Both the position numbers and the translations under genes were made by a program. Positions 35,601 through 49,931 of a stretch of DNA of 64,000 bases are shown piece by piece. Numbering within the stretch: position 1 is the first letter of the stretch; each line of letters starts with the position of its first letter. Source of the stretch: Macrostomum lignano (lineage: Eukaryota); contig NIVC01002786.1 in assembly GCA_002269645.1 (NCBI GenBank), positions 3,196 to 67,195 of the forward strand. Direction: 5' to 3'. The notes below the pieces were generated by a model, which did not search any database, was not told where the DNA came from, and was given only the letters and a program-made list of their open reading frames with translations.

Positions 35601-38600
35601 AAAATTAAAGACAGACAGACAAACAGAGAGAGAAATAGATAAACAGCATAAAATTAGTATATAGACTATTAATCTTGTCCACCTATATTAAGATATATCT
35701 AGTAAGCAAAAGACAAAAAATATTTAGGAAATCTTATTTTCTTTGATTTTTAAACCATTCTCCTAATAAGCCTTGATTTTTAGCAATAGCAATTCCCCTA
35801 ATAGGTCTCAAAGCCTTAGCAATTCTCTTAATAATCCTTGACCATCTCACTGATTACCTAGTAAGCCTTAACATCTTGTAATTCCCCTAGTAAGCCTTGA
35901 CATCTCATTTAATGATTCATCTAATAAGCCTTGACACCTCAGCAATTCCCCCAGTAAATCTTGAAATCTCAGAGATTCCCTAGTAAGCCTGGACATTTAA
36001 GCAATTCTCCCTTTAGCCTCAATAAGCAATTCTCCCAGATAGCAAGTATCCCTCTAACAAAAAGCATCCCCACTTAGATTGCAAGCATCCTTAGCCTATC
36101 CCCATATAGCAAGAACCCCCCCCCCCCCCTAGAAAAAAGCTAATATAGCAATTTCTTCAAATAGTATAATAATCCTTTCCTCATCAAGTGCAATAATCAT
36201 TTTCTTAGCTAGTGCAATAATCCCTTTTAAGCTAGTGCAGTAATCCTTTTCTTAGCTAGTGCAATAATCCATGTCTTAGCTAATGCAATAATCTTTTTTT
36301 AGCCAGTGCAATAATCTTTTAGCTTCTTTTATGCTTTACATGGTGCTTCCTTTATATGACAATGCTCTGTATTAAAAGCTTTTTATAAAAAATACATAGC
36401 TTAGATTTGATTCTAGGTTGCTGCATTAGCAAGTCAGCCTATTTACATCTAGACTAGCTCTTATTGGATAAAAAAACAATTTATATCACTTATAATTCAA
36501 TATCCATACTAAGTCAGTTAGAGTTTAAAGCACACAAAGCAGTTATGTCATAATCAATTTCTTAGGTATTCTAGTTAGTCAGACTAGTCTCTATTAAAGT
36601 TAACAGTATGGTTATACAATCTCAACCATGTCCTATGCTATGTATCCAAATTGAATTTTTCAATGTGTTATGTTAAGTGTGTTTCTGCCATTATTGTGAA
36701 TATACATTTTTGACATAGATATTACATGACTTTGTCACAAAATATATTTCAACTAATTTGTTAAACCTTGTTATTGGACTATAACCAAAGCTACCAATTC
36801 TCTATCTAGGGTGGGTGCCCCTGGGAGCGTGAGGTCTGATCTCCTATCTTGTTATTAGTATCTCACTAGCAATCTTCATCCCCCAATGGGGGACATCTGG
36901 AAAGAATCCTTGTTCTTTATAAAAAAACAAATAGACAGCAAAATAAAGCCTTCATAAAAAACAACGGACATTCCCTCTAAAAACTGGGATTTTTTTAGCA
37001 TATAGATGAATTTATATCACAACTGGTGTGATTTTCCTAAGCTGATACTGGCATATAAAAAAAGCTTGTCTATATGCTAGTCTACAGTATATATCACGCT
37101 AATTCAGAGCTAATTGTCAGTTTCTTGTTTGCAAAATCTTTTATTTTATTCTATTTATATGCTTTAAAGCTATTTGAAATCAGATTAGATGGCTTCATAA
37201 GCCAAAATTGCACCAACAAAAATTAGACACTTTCTCAATCCTATGATCCTAGCCCAATTTGTTGAGATCCTGGGATAGGAAAAGTCTGGGATATCCTGAT
37301 CCCAATAATAGGATTTTCAAAGTCTGGGATATCCCAATCCTAAAAATCCCAAGATTGGCAGAACTCTAGATTTTGTATTCCCTAATTGCCGATCTAAAAT
37401 TATAATTAAAAACTTAATGCATCCTGGGTTTTTTCTAAGGTTGGAAATCCAGTTTGCCAGCTGGCCCTTTGGGCTCAAAATCCAGTTGCCAATGGCTATT
37501 TTTAGTTGCCCATTGGCAACTAGCCAAATTCTCAAGGATGAATATTTCCAAGGCTTATTAAACATGTATGCACTGTATAATTGCGGGGAATGAGACTGTC
37601 TGGGACTTGTTATTGAAATTGTCAATTTTCGAAATTGGCAACTGGCATTGGGAAAATGAAGTTGCCAGATTGACCTCTGATGCCAAAAATCCAATTGCCA
37701 ATAAGATTTTCAGGGGGCCAAAAAACCCTATGTGGCCCAAAAAACCAGAATGCATCTGCAAGGTAATATGATATAAGTTATTTGAAACAATGTTTGTATC
37801 TTATAAATAATAATTTATTACACCTACCTTATAAAGCAGATATTGAACCAAAAGCTTAGTTGCACTTATTGTATAGCATATCTAAAGGCTATATATAGCT
37901 GTTCAGTCCAATGTTGAAAACTAAGGCATTGCCACATATATTCAGTTTGTAATGGAAAAATGAATATCTTTTATTATCTAACACAAGTTAAATTAAAATT
38001 GTTAATTCATTGAAGCATGTAGCAATTATATAAAAATGCTGCATGTAATATGTACAAAAAAAGACTTTTAGCTTAACATTCAATAAATTGAATAGAGACA
38101 TCTTTTTGGGTCATAAGACTGTCAATGCACAAACAAATGGAGACAAAAATTATATACTTAAATATAATTGAATTTTTTTGAGATTCAACTTACAAGTAAA
38201 AAAATGTTAAACATACAATATTAACTTGTATAGATTAGGTTAGATATGAATAAAGGTTAATCAAAGTACATAAAAATTAAAAACTTTTAGCAGATTTTAG
38301 ATTTAGATTTCTAGTATACAAACCAGAAAATAATTATTTTTTAATCTAGTATACACAGGGAATAATCTTGACTATTATAATCTTGAATATATATAATTTC
38401 TTTTAAGGTTATAGGCCTATATTAAATTTCAAGTAATAAAAAATACAATTTTGTCATTGTTTTGACTAGTAATAAATATTTACTAGTTTTAAAAAAAAAG
38501 TTTATTTATATATTTTGCATACATGTCCATGTAATACTATTTGTAATCTGCTCAAAATCACTAGAAGCCATAAAATAGTATTCTTCACTGTGTTCTGGGT

Positions 38601-38787
38601 ATGCTATGAGAAATGCACAAATGCTCTTAGAATCCTAGGCTATTGTAGGTAAAAAAGTACAATGATTTTTTTATGAAATAAACCTTATTCCTTGTGCTAC
38701 ACCTATAATGAATGTCAAAGATCAAAATGAAAATTCTTACTGCATTTCGGTTTCAACTTTCGCTGCTACCAGCTATAATATTGGACC

Positions 38788-39750
38788 ATGGCAAACAAAG
38801 CGGCCAGCAGCTCTTCTTGCGATCTGCAGCAGGACGGCTCATTTCTCAAGCTGGTGATCTCTAGCATTCCAACCAAGACGCTACTATTCGACGCCAACAA
38901 CAATACGGTTAGCTATGCAAAGCGGCGCAAAGAGAAGAAGGAGGCTGGGGTCAGGCGGTCCTTTCCAGCCAACCAGGTGGCCGGCCACCGCGGGGCAGAC
39001 GAGATCGAACGGCTGCTGGAGTTCATCGAGAATCGGCCGCCTCAGACTGTCGGCTCGATGTCGCGTTCAGCGGCCGGAAGTTTGGACCGGAAATCAGCCG
39101 AGAAGGCTGTAAAAGAAGAGTTCAAAGCTGCAGTTGAAACGGAGGCCGAGCCAGCCAATGAGCAGCTGCAGGCTGATGAGGCTTCTGTTGAGCAGCCAGA
39201 AGAAACATCAACAGAATTTCCAGCGGAGCCGGCTGAGGTGAACGCAGAGGCAGCGGTGGAGGCTTCGGACTCTGGTGCGGACAAACCGAGCTACGCCGGG
39301 CCTGGTTGTCGCGGCGGGCGAGGTGGCATCGGCGCCAACCGTCGTACAAATCTGACGCACTGCTTCGGCAGCAGCTTTGCCGGCAACTCCAGGTGTCCCG
39401 GCTATGGCTATGCACCCGGCGGTGCTTATAATTATTACAATCGCCAGAAGCAGCAGTTCCACCATCAGCCGCAGCGTGGTTGCTTCCAGCAGCAGCAATT
39501 TGTTCGCAGACAGGAGTTCGTCAACTCTTACCAGCATCGGCAGCACCAGCGGCCGCAGTGGCAGATGTACTGCAATAATCGCCGGTTTCAACAGGCCGTG
39601 TCGCCAGAGCAGCACGGCCAGCGGCTGTGGGAGCTGGCCCGCACTAACAGGCTGCTGCACAGAGATCTGGTCCGGGCTAGCAGGGGCGACAGCCACCGCC
39701 AGCTGCTGGGATTTCTGTCCTCCTTGGCCAAAGAGGCTCCCAGTCGCTGA
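38788..39750 (+). CDS. Uncharacterised 320-aa low-complexity protein (acidic middle, RGG, Gln/aromatic-rich region)
   Basis: 963-bp GC-rich ORF in AT-rich flanks. The ATG is in good context (ACCATGG), about 15 nt after a pyrimidine tract and CAG acceptor. No recognisable domain. Confidence 0.65.
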   Translation: MANKAASSSSCDLQQDGSFLKLVISSIPTKTLLFDANNNTVSYAKRRKEKKEAGVRRSFPANQVAGHRGADEIERLLEFIENRPPQTVGSMSRSAAGSLDRKSAEKAVKEEFKAAVETEAEPANEQLQADEASVEQPEETSTEFPAEPAEVNAEAAVEASDSGADKPSYAGPGCRGGRGGIGANRRTNLTHCFGSSFAGNSRCPGYGYAPGGAYNYYNRQKQQFHHQPQRGCFQQQQFVRRQEFVNSYQHRQHQRPQWQMYCNNRRFQQAVSPEQHGQRLWELARTNRLLHRDLVRASRGDSHRQLLGFLSSLAKEAPSR

Positions 39751-40319
39751 ACCAGCTTTGCTCTGTGCCACAGTTGAAACACTTCTTAATTACGCTTTAC
39801 ATACCTGCTTTTCAACTCATTCTTCACGTCTACCGGTTTCGTTTCGTTTTTTTATTAAGCCAACTTTAGAATAATTTTTTGTGTATATCCGATCCTATTT
39901 TTCGAAAATCAGTGTTATACTATGCTATTATATTATGCCTACCTGCATACAAAAGCTCAATTTATTATTGTTGTTGCATTCATTTTAAAATTTTATAGGC
40001 AAATTTATCCTGCCGGCTTCCCGTTTCAATTCTAAACTGCTGTAGCCTAGTAAGTGTACTCTTACGCTATGAGCGTCTTTGTGAAGCACAACTTGCCAGC
40101 CAGTCAGCCTTTTTATCGGCTCTGCCTTCTCATTTTAGTATTCCAAATCTTACTCTCTACAGCTTAAACAATGGTGTCGCGTCAATTACTCGGTGGATTC
40201 AGAGATGCCTGTAGCTCACATTGTAGCAAGCAAGACTCATCTTATTTGAGCAGTTCATCCAACTTACATCTATTCCTGTAATCCCATCCTATTCATTATC
40301 TCCGTCTCATCAATGACGT

Positions 40320-41110
40320 CCCCATTCCATGCCATTTCAATCCATCCCATTCCCCATCCCCAGTCCTATCCCATTCCCAATTACCAATCTAATGTGATTA
40401 TTCATTCCTAATCTCATTCCATTCTCCATCCCTAATCCCATTCCCATCCCTAATGCATCCCACTCCCCACTCCCTAATCCCACCCCATTTCCCATTCCCA
40501 ATACCATCCCCAATTCATCGCATTCCCTACTCCATAATCCCACCATTCCCCATTCCCAATACCATCCCCAATGCATCCCATTCCCCACTCCCTAATCCCA
40601 TCCCATTCCCCACTCCCTAATCCCATCCCATTCCCCATTCCCAATACCATCCCCAATGCATCCCATTCCCCATTCCTAATCCCATCCCATTCCCCATTCC
40701 CAATACCATCCCCAATGCATCCCATTCCCCACTCCCTAATCCCACCCATTCCCCATTCCCAATACCATCCCCAATGCATCCCATTCCCTGCTCCCTAATC
40801 CCACCCCATTCCCCATTCCCAATACCATCCCCAATGCATCCCATTCCCTGCTCCCTAATCCCACCCCATTCCCCATTCCCAATACCATCCCCAATGCATC
40901 CCATTCCCTGCTCCCTAATCCCACCCCATTCCCCATTCCCAATACCATCCCCAATGCATCCCATTCCCCATTCCTAATCCCATCCCATTCCCCATTCCCA
41001 ATACCATCCCCAATGAATCCCATTCCCCACTCCCTAATCCCACCCCATTCCCCATTCCTAATCTCATCCCTGATACATCCCAGTCCCTATCCTATTCCCC
41101 ATCCCTTTCC
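40320..41110. repeat. C-rich complex satellite (CCCATTCCCC / CCCTAATCCC motifs)
   Basis: Visible repetition with ~60-bp higher-order units at 40740-40960. Confidence 0.92.
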
Positions 41111-41859
41111 CATTCCCAAGCTGGGAGCTATGCTCTCTGGCTTGTGATTCAAGTTCGCATCTGCTTTTTCAATTTTAATAAATACACCAAACTCCTAGCG
41201 CCTCTGAAAGAGTCCAGGCCCTAGAAAACTTTGCATACACTGAACTCCATACTGCGCCAGCGTCTATTAAATATAGATAAATATTAAATATTTACGACAA
41301 TAACAAAAGTGCAAAATGCGCTTTAAGTAATGCTTAGTTTACATTAAATACTATATTAAGTGACTTTCTGAGAGGTATAGAAACATTATTCATCTTAGCA
41401 TTTAAATGTCCCAGTCTATGAAATTTGCTATTTAGTTTACCGTTGCATTAATTAGATTTATTTATTATCACCATTTATATTCTCGCAATAGCCTCTGAGC
41501 GAACAGTGATCGCCTGTATCGCAGTTTATCTATTCTCTGCCTTATTTCATTTTTGCTTATATTCATATTTCACTTGGCATTGTTTTGCTACAAGAAAATA
41601 CTTTATGCGTACTATTATATTCAGTTTGTCGTTTGCCAACTTGCACCAATTCTAAGTCGCATTTGTCCTTTCTACAGCAATCCCCTGTGTGTTTTTTGTC
41701 TTAATAATCACCTCCCACTTCTCCTGCAAATTACATGCGTAACATGCGTTTTTACCGTTGCTTATATCTTCTTTTCAAGTTTATTCTCGGAAATGCTTCG
41801 CCTTCCATTCCTTGTTTCTGTTCTTTTAACAACTTTGTGTGCGACTGGAAATGGCACAC

Positions 41860-43965
41860 ATGCTACTGGACAGGTAGCACACATACTGATAGACAGGTAG
41901 CACATACTAATAGACAGGTATCACACCCACTGATGGACAGGTAACACACATACTGATGGACAGGTATCACACCCACTGAAGGACAGGTAACACACATACT
42001 GATGGACAGGTAGCACATACTGATGGACAGGTATCACACCCACTGATGGACATTGGACAGGTAGCACATACTGATAGAACAGGTAGCACATACTGACAGA
42101 CACGTAGCACATACTGATAGACAGGTGGCACATGCTGATAGACAGGTGGCACATGCTGATAGACAGGTAGCACATGCTGATAGACAGGTAGCACACGCTG
42201 ATAGACAGGTGGCACATGCTGATAGACAGGTAGCACATGCTGATAGACAGGTAGCACACGCTGATAGACAGGTAGCACACAGTCTGATGGACAGGTAGCA
42301 CATACTGATAGATAGGTAGCACACATGCTGATAGACAGGTGTCACACCCACTGATGGACAGGTAACACACATACTGATGGACAGGTATCACACCCACTGA
42401 AGGACAGGTAACACACATACTGATGGACAGGTAGCACATACTGATGGACAGGTATCACACCCACTGATGGACATTGGACAGGTAGCACATACTGATAGAA
42501 CAGGTAGCACATACTGACAGACACGTAGCACATACTGATAGACAGGTGGCACATGCTGATAGACAGGTGGCACATGCTGATAGACAGGTAGCACATGCTG
42601 ATAGACAGGTAGCACACGCTGATAGACAGGTAGCACACAGTCTGATGGACAGGTAGCACATACTGATAGATAGGTAGCACACATGCTGATAGACAGGTGT
42701 CACACCCACTGATGGACAGGTAACACACATACTGATGGACAGGTATCACACCCACTGAAGGACAGGTAACACACATACTGATGGACAGGTATCACATACT
42801 GATGGACAGGTATCACACCCACTGATGGACAGGTATCACATACTAATAGACAGGTATCACACCCACTGATGGACAGGTAACACACATACTGATGGACAGG
42901 TATCACACCCACTGAAGGACAGGTAACACACATACTGATGGACAGGTAGCACATACTGATGGACAGGTATCACACCCACTGATGGACATTGGACAGGTAG
43001 CACATACTGATAGAACAGGTAGCACATACTGACAGACACGTAGCACATACTGATAGACAGGTGGCACATGCTGATAGACAGGTGGCACATGCTGATAGAC
43101 AGGTAGCACATGCTGATAGACAGGTAGCACACGCTGATAGACAGGTAGCACACAGTCTGATGGACAGGTAGCACATGCTGATAGATAGGTAGCACACATG
43201 CTGATAGACAGGTGTCACACCCACTGATGGACAGGTATCACACCCACTAATAAACAGATATCACACCCACTGGTGGACAGGCATCACACCCACTGGTGGG
43301 CAGGTACGTAACGTAGCACACCTGATGGGCAGGTACGTAGCACACCTGATGGGCAGGTACCACACCCACTGATGGACAGGTAGCATACCCACTGATGAAC
43401 AGGTAGCATACCCACTGATGGACAGGTATCACACCCACTGATGGACAGGTAGCATACCCACTGATGAACAGGTAGCATACCCACTGATGGACAGGTATCA
43501 CACCCACTGATGAACAGGTAGCATACCCACTGATGGACAGGTATCACACCCACTGATGAACAGGTAGCATACCCACTGATGGACAGGTAGCATACCCACT
43601 GATGGACAGGTAGCATACCCACTGATGGACAGGTATCACACCCACTGATGGACAGGTATCACACCCACTGATGGACAGGTAGCATACCCACTGATGAACA
43701 GGTAGCATACCCACTGATGGACAGGTATCACACCCACTGATGGACAGGTAGCATACCCACTGATGAACAGGTAGCATACCCACTGATGGACAGGTATCAC
43801 ACCCACTGATGGACAGGTATCACACCCACTGATGGACAGGTAGCATACCCACTGATGAACAGGTAGCATACCCACTGATGGACAGGTAGCATACCCACTG
43901 ATGAACAGGTAGCATACCCACTGATAAACAGGTAGCATACCCACTGATAAACAGGTATCAACCCA
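41860..43965. repeat. Satellite with ~21-bp base unit (GATGGACAGGTAGCACATACT) and higher-order blocks
   Basis: Diagnostic CATTGGACAG variant at ~42051, ~42472 and ~42987; near-identical minus ORFs repeat. Confidence 0.95.
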
Positions 43966-44354
43966 CTGGTGGAAAGCTAGTACATCCACAAATAGGCAGG
44001 TAAAAGCAGCACAGAACCAATGACAAGCATTTGCCCTACTAAAAACGCTATATGAATTTGGTCTACGAACTTTGCCAGCCGGGAAAGTTTCCAGCGGAGT
44101 TCGATCATTTGCAGCAACAAAGGTACCAGCTCAGAATTCGAGCAGCTATCTAATTTTACAATCATAAATCAATCATTCTATAGGTTTAATGTAGATTATA
44201 GGAACTTAGTTATATCTATTACATTGTTTCTGAATGTTAGCTGCATAAAAATATCTGTACTTTAAACAAAATATTCGCTCTTTGGGGTGTCTTAATACAG
44301 GTTTCTTTCGAGCCTAATATAATGAATCTATCCAATGTTTGTCTCTCAACTCAA

Positions 44355-45515
44355 TCCTGATACAATATGTTTAATTTGTCCACCTCAATCCTGACACAAT
44401 GTTTAATTTGTCTCACCTCCATCCTGACACAATGTTTAATTTGTCTCACTTCAATCCTGACACAATGTTTAATTTGTCTCACTTCAATCCTGACACAATG
44501 TTTAATTTGTCTCACTTCAATCCTGACACAATGTTTAATTTGTCTCACTTCAATCCTGACACAATGTTTAATTTGTCTCACTTCAATCCTGACAATGTTT
44601 AATTTGTCTCACCTCCATCCTGACACAATGTTTAATTTGTCTCACCTCCATCCTGACACAATGTTTAATTTGTCTCACCTCCATCCTGACACAATGTTTA
44701 ATTTGTCTCACTTCAATCCTGACACAATGTTTAATTTGTCTCACTTCAATCCTGACACAATGTTTAATTTGTCTCACCTCCATCCTGACACAATGTTTAA
44801 TTTGTCTCACTTCAATCCTGACACAATGTTTAATTTGTCTCACTTCAATCCTGACACAATGTTTAATTTGTCTCACTTCAATCCTGACAATGTTTAATTT
44901 GTCTCTCACCTCCATCCTGACAATGTTTAATTTGTCTCACTTCAATCCTGACACAATGTTTAATTTGTCTCACTTCAATCCTGACACAATGTTTAATTTG
45001 TCTCACTTCAATCCTGACAATGTTTAATTTGTCTCACTTCAATCCTGACAATGTTTAATTTGTCTCTCACCTCCATCCTGACAATGTTTAATTTGTCTCA
45101 ACCTCCATCCTGACACAATGTTTAATTTGTCTCACTTCAATCCTGACAATGTTTAATTTGTCTCTCACCTCCATCCTGACACAGTGTTTAATTTGTCTCA
45201 CCTCAATCCTGACAATGTTTAATTTGTCTCTCACCTCCATCCTGACACAGTGTTTAATTTGTCTCACCTCAATCCTGACAATGTTTAATTTGTCTCTCAC
45301 CTCCATCCTGACACAGTGTTTAATTTGTCTCAACCTCCATCCTGACACAATGTTTAATTTGTCTCACTTCAATCCTGACAATGTTTAATTTGTCTCTCAC
45401 CTCCATCCTGACACAGTGTTTAATTTGTCTCACCTCAATCCTGACAATGTTTAATTTGTCTCTCACCTCCATCCTGACACAGTGTTTAATTTGTCTCACC
45501 TCAATCCTGACAATG
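44355..45515. repeat. Minisatellite, 33-bp unit (TCAATCCTGACACAATGTTTAATTTGTCTCACT)
   Basis: Period 33 (44461, 44494); 11-aa periodic ORFs. Confidence 0.97.
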
Positions 45516-48448
45516 TTTTGTCTCAAATGCAACAGGCTAAGCATACTTTGTAAATTGGAAAGTAAAGATGTGGATGACATCATTGGTATGACAGAGTCGA
45601 GAAGGCCCTTTTACGCGCCATATCTGACATGTGAATTGCCTGGGCTAATGATACTATGAATTGCATATATTGCATATAATTGTCACATATAGAAAAATCG
45701 ATTAAACTTAATTTGAAAACGCGAGTAATCAGCAAAAAGTTGGGGTGCTTTCACAGGGTCGAAATTTCACGTCGAAAAGTAAATTATTTCACAATATCAA
45801 AAACTTTAGCAAGGGACTTCATAAGGTCGAAATTTCAAAGCGTTGAAAACTTAATTTAACAAGAACTGTGCAGTAGTCGAAATAGACTTCGAGTCAATGG
45901 CAGTAAATTAAGTAATGAAATGACAATTAAAACTTACAATTGAGACAATGACAATTATGGCATCCCGTAAATGCCATGAGAGTGGGTAGAAACGGAGGGT
46001 GGGAAATTCTTAGTCAATTATTTCAAACTTGCTTTTTTAAGCTTTCAAACTTCAATCTTTTTAAAAGTTTATTCTCGGAGATGCTTCACCTTCCATTCTT
46101 TGTTTCTCTGGAACTACTGTTGTTAAGGCTGGCGAGGGGCCCAAGCCAAGGTACGAGTACATGTAAGTCGCAAAAATTCCCACCGAAAAAGACGTGGCAC
46201 TAATTAGATGACGAGGCATTTAGCCTTAATGTAATAATAAATAGTTACTCCTGCCGTTTACCCAAAATGCGTTTTTACTTGGGTTTTTTTATATTATAGC
46301 TAAGTCGCACTGCCTCTGTAAATCAGGGGGTTGCGCCTCAGCGCATGTACATGTATGTTTGAGAGCACATCCGAAGGTAAGCTATTTGAGATGGCCCTTT
46401 GCACAGCCTTCTGCTTGAGCACGACGGAAGCAAATCTTCTCAGCCTCCCGAAAGCAGTCGGGGTGCTTTCACAGGTCTAAAAGAAAATTATTTCACAAGG
46501 TCGAAATTTCACATTAAAAACTTGAATAGCAGCCACTTTCACAGGGTCGAAACTTTATTAGCTCGAAATTTCGGGAGCACCCCAACTGCCAGCCGGAAAA
46601 CCGCCAGCCGACAACTGCCAGCCGACAACTGCCAGCCGACAACTGCCAGCCGAAAATTGCCAGCCGAGAAAACTGCCAGTTGGAAAACTGCCAGTCGACA
46701 ACTGCCAGCCGACAAGTTCTAGCTAATTGAATCTACTGTAGCCTACTTATTAGCTAAGTAAAAAGTACGAAACTGTTTGGCTAGCAAAAGGCTTGTGGGG
46801 TAGCCTTAAATGTCGCCCTTCCCTTCCCTAATTTTTTCAGATTTCCATTAGAAGTGTATATGTGAAAGAGAAGGCATTCTGTAATGCCTATTGTAAATAT
46901 ATTTGTATTGAAAGTTCATTTACTTTATTATTTAATTTGCGATTGCGATTGCTATATGACGCAATCCTAGAAAAGTCTATTAAATTACTTTACTTAAATA
47001 AAGCTTTCAAAGAAAGAGCAAAGGCTACCTAAAATACGAAATTTGAACCAAGATGTTCGTGCAGGAGCCGAAAGTTGCCAGCTCTGATTCGCGCACATGC
47101 CGCACAAGCTTACAAACTTTTGTTGGCGATAAAACAAAACAACTTGTAGCTAGGCTAACTGATTTCTGTAACAATGCAATGGCAACCTGTTTTTGCTGAA
47201 TAATAAACTGATTTAATAAATAGTAAACAAAGCTGTCTACTTTCTAGCTAGATCCTGAATGCCATATTGCGGAAGGTGTAGTGTACGCCGGAAAATTCCG
47301 GCGTACAAACGCTTTGTCTGGCGTACATCTAGCGTTTTTCTCGCTGGCAGTTTTCTCGGCTGGCAATTGTCGTCTGGCAATTGTCGACTGGCAATTGTCG
47401 ACTGGCAGTTGTCGGCTGGCAGTTTTCCGGCTGGCAGTTGTCGGCTGGCAGTTGTCGACTAGCAGTTTTCCGGCCGGCAGTTGGGGTGGACCCCGAAATT
47501 TCACGTCGAAAACCTGATATAACAAGAACCATGCAGTGTAGTTTTCTGCGTTGCGAAATTTCGATCTTGTGAATGTGGCTGCTAAGTTTTCTACGTTGTG
47601 AAGGTTCGACGAAGAACAAGACCAGCGTCTTAACACCTGGCTAATCAACCAAATTGATATTAAAAAGTGCTACATGAAGCGAGTGGCTCCGCCACTAGTG
47701 AAAAAATTAATCATTGTCTACCTAAGTCTTTATTGCTTAAGCACATGCATTGTTTCATGAATGAATTTTAGTAGCCTTATATTAAATTGACTTCGAAGCG
47801 TTGAAAAATGAGCGTACACCATGGATAAATAATCAGCTGTCCCAGTGCGTGACGATTGTCTGGCGAGCGCCTGTAGGCGCGAGCCATAGACAAATCGCTG
47901 TCACGTGCTGCGACCGCTGATTCTTTGCATTGTTTTTCTGTTTGCCGATCCTACAGACAATGCATTGTTTGTAGTAACGGATTGTTCTGCATTAAAATTG
48001 TGAATAATGATCGTCAAATTGCTAAACAATGACATATGTTTACTTTAACTTCCTTCACCCTAAATTCCTAAATTCAGCCATTAAATAGCAATTCCTTCAC
48101 GGCCCCTAAAAGGGCCGTTTTATTACCGTGCAAGTGCAAAATTGTCAACTAGCCGTTGAGGTTCACGAAGTACAGGATTGAATCCTAAACAAACTTTAAT
48201 GTAAGTAATGTAACTTACAATAAATACTCTTATGTGCATTAAGCTAAGATCACGATCTCTACCCAAAGTTACACAGTTGGGTTTTTATAGACATTCCGTA
48301 AATTTTTCTGTACGAACATACAGTAATGTAGCACATTGCCTGTTTTGAGTAAAAAGGATTATTACAGCTCAGCAGCTGTTCTATACAAGTTTAGGCAGGG
48401 GGTTTTGACTAAACTAAGCAGGCGATTTTGACATCAATTTAATGTGGT

Positions 48449-48464
48449 GGCCCTGAAAAGGGCC
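48449..48464 (-). terminator. Histone mRNA 3' stem-loop of the H3 gene
   Basis: Minus strand AAAAC GGCCCT TTTC AGGGCC ACCAC, about 110 nt after the H3 stop. Confidence 0.92.
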
Positions 48465-48572
48465 GTTTTAGCGTTCAGTTTGCTATGGACGGACTTTTGT
48501 TATATGCCGATGTCGAGACGAAGCTAACCAATCGAAGGATCACCGGGATACGTTGCGAGACGATTGGAAAGT

Positions 48573-48989
<417 letters not shown>

Positions 48990-49073
48990 CTATTTAACTA
49001 CAAAGCAAAATGAATTTAATAGTCCTCTGACGACAAGGGGATGGTGAATGGCGGCGAGATGAGAAAACGCGTG

Positions 49074-49125
49074 TTTATATAGCGCAGTTTCTATTATCAT
49101 AATTTATGAATCGTATTCTTATTGG
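49074..49125 (-). promoter_or_regulatory. H3 promoter: TATA box and CCAAT box
   Basis: Minus strand TATATAAA at 49081-49074 and CCAAT at 49125-49121, about 90 and 140 nt upstream of the ATG. Confidence 0.75.
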
Positions 49126-49607
49126 CTGATAAAATTATGTTAAATTTCTATCATTTTTTATGCGCACTTCTACTCTAAGTAGAACTGCAAGTTTTATTTG
49201 TTCTATAGCAGCCTGCTAATCCTAAGAAAGCTACAAACTCGAACGAAAGAAGTAGAAATGAACTAACCGAACAACACAAATTTCAACAGACAAAGCAGGA
49301 TAAAGCAGAATTGATATGAACGTGACAACTCTGGCTGTAGGTTTGGTCTGGAGTGGAGTCTGGACAAGAAAAAGAACAAAAAGCAAGAAAGCAAGCTAAA
49401 GACCCGCTCAAACTGCACTCTTCCTTCGAATAAACGAGCCAGGATTAAGAATTGAAGTATGATTATATAGTTAGGTCTCTATTATCTGTGTATTGTTTAA
49501 ATATTTTTTCTCGTAAAACTGGGCTAGGCCTAAACTAGACGGAGCTTAAGTTGTAAGACTAAAATTTCAAAGAAAGATTTGTGAGCCTAGTTAATCTCAT
49601 TTTACCC

Positions 49608-49931
49608 GAGATGATTGTTTCTTTGTGTAACAAAATAAGTTAGATTAGATTAATGCAAACAAATAGTGTCATCAATAAGCTAGCATTATGGTTTGCACAT
49701 GTATAGGAAGAGTACATGTAAAACGGCCCCTTTAAGGGCACCCTCTGATAGTTTATATGGGAAGGGATGTATGAGATGGTTGTTTCTTTGTGTAACAAAA
49801 TAAGTTAGATTAGATTAATGCAAACAAATAGCGTCATCAATAAGCTAGCATTATAGTTTGCACATGTATAGGAAGAGTACATGTAAAACGGCCCCTTTAA
49901 GGACACCCTCTGATAGTTTATATGGAAAGGG
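49608..49931. repeat. Tandem duplication, 165-bp period, each copy ending in a degenerate histone-type stem-loop
   Basis: GAGATG.TTGTTTCTTTGTG at 49608 and 49773. Confidence 0.9.
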
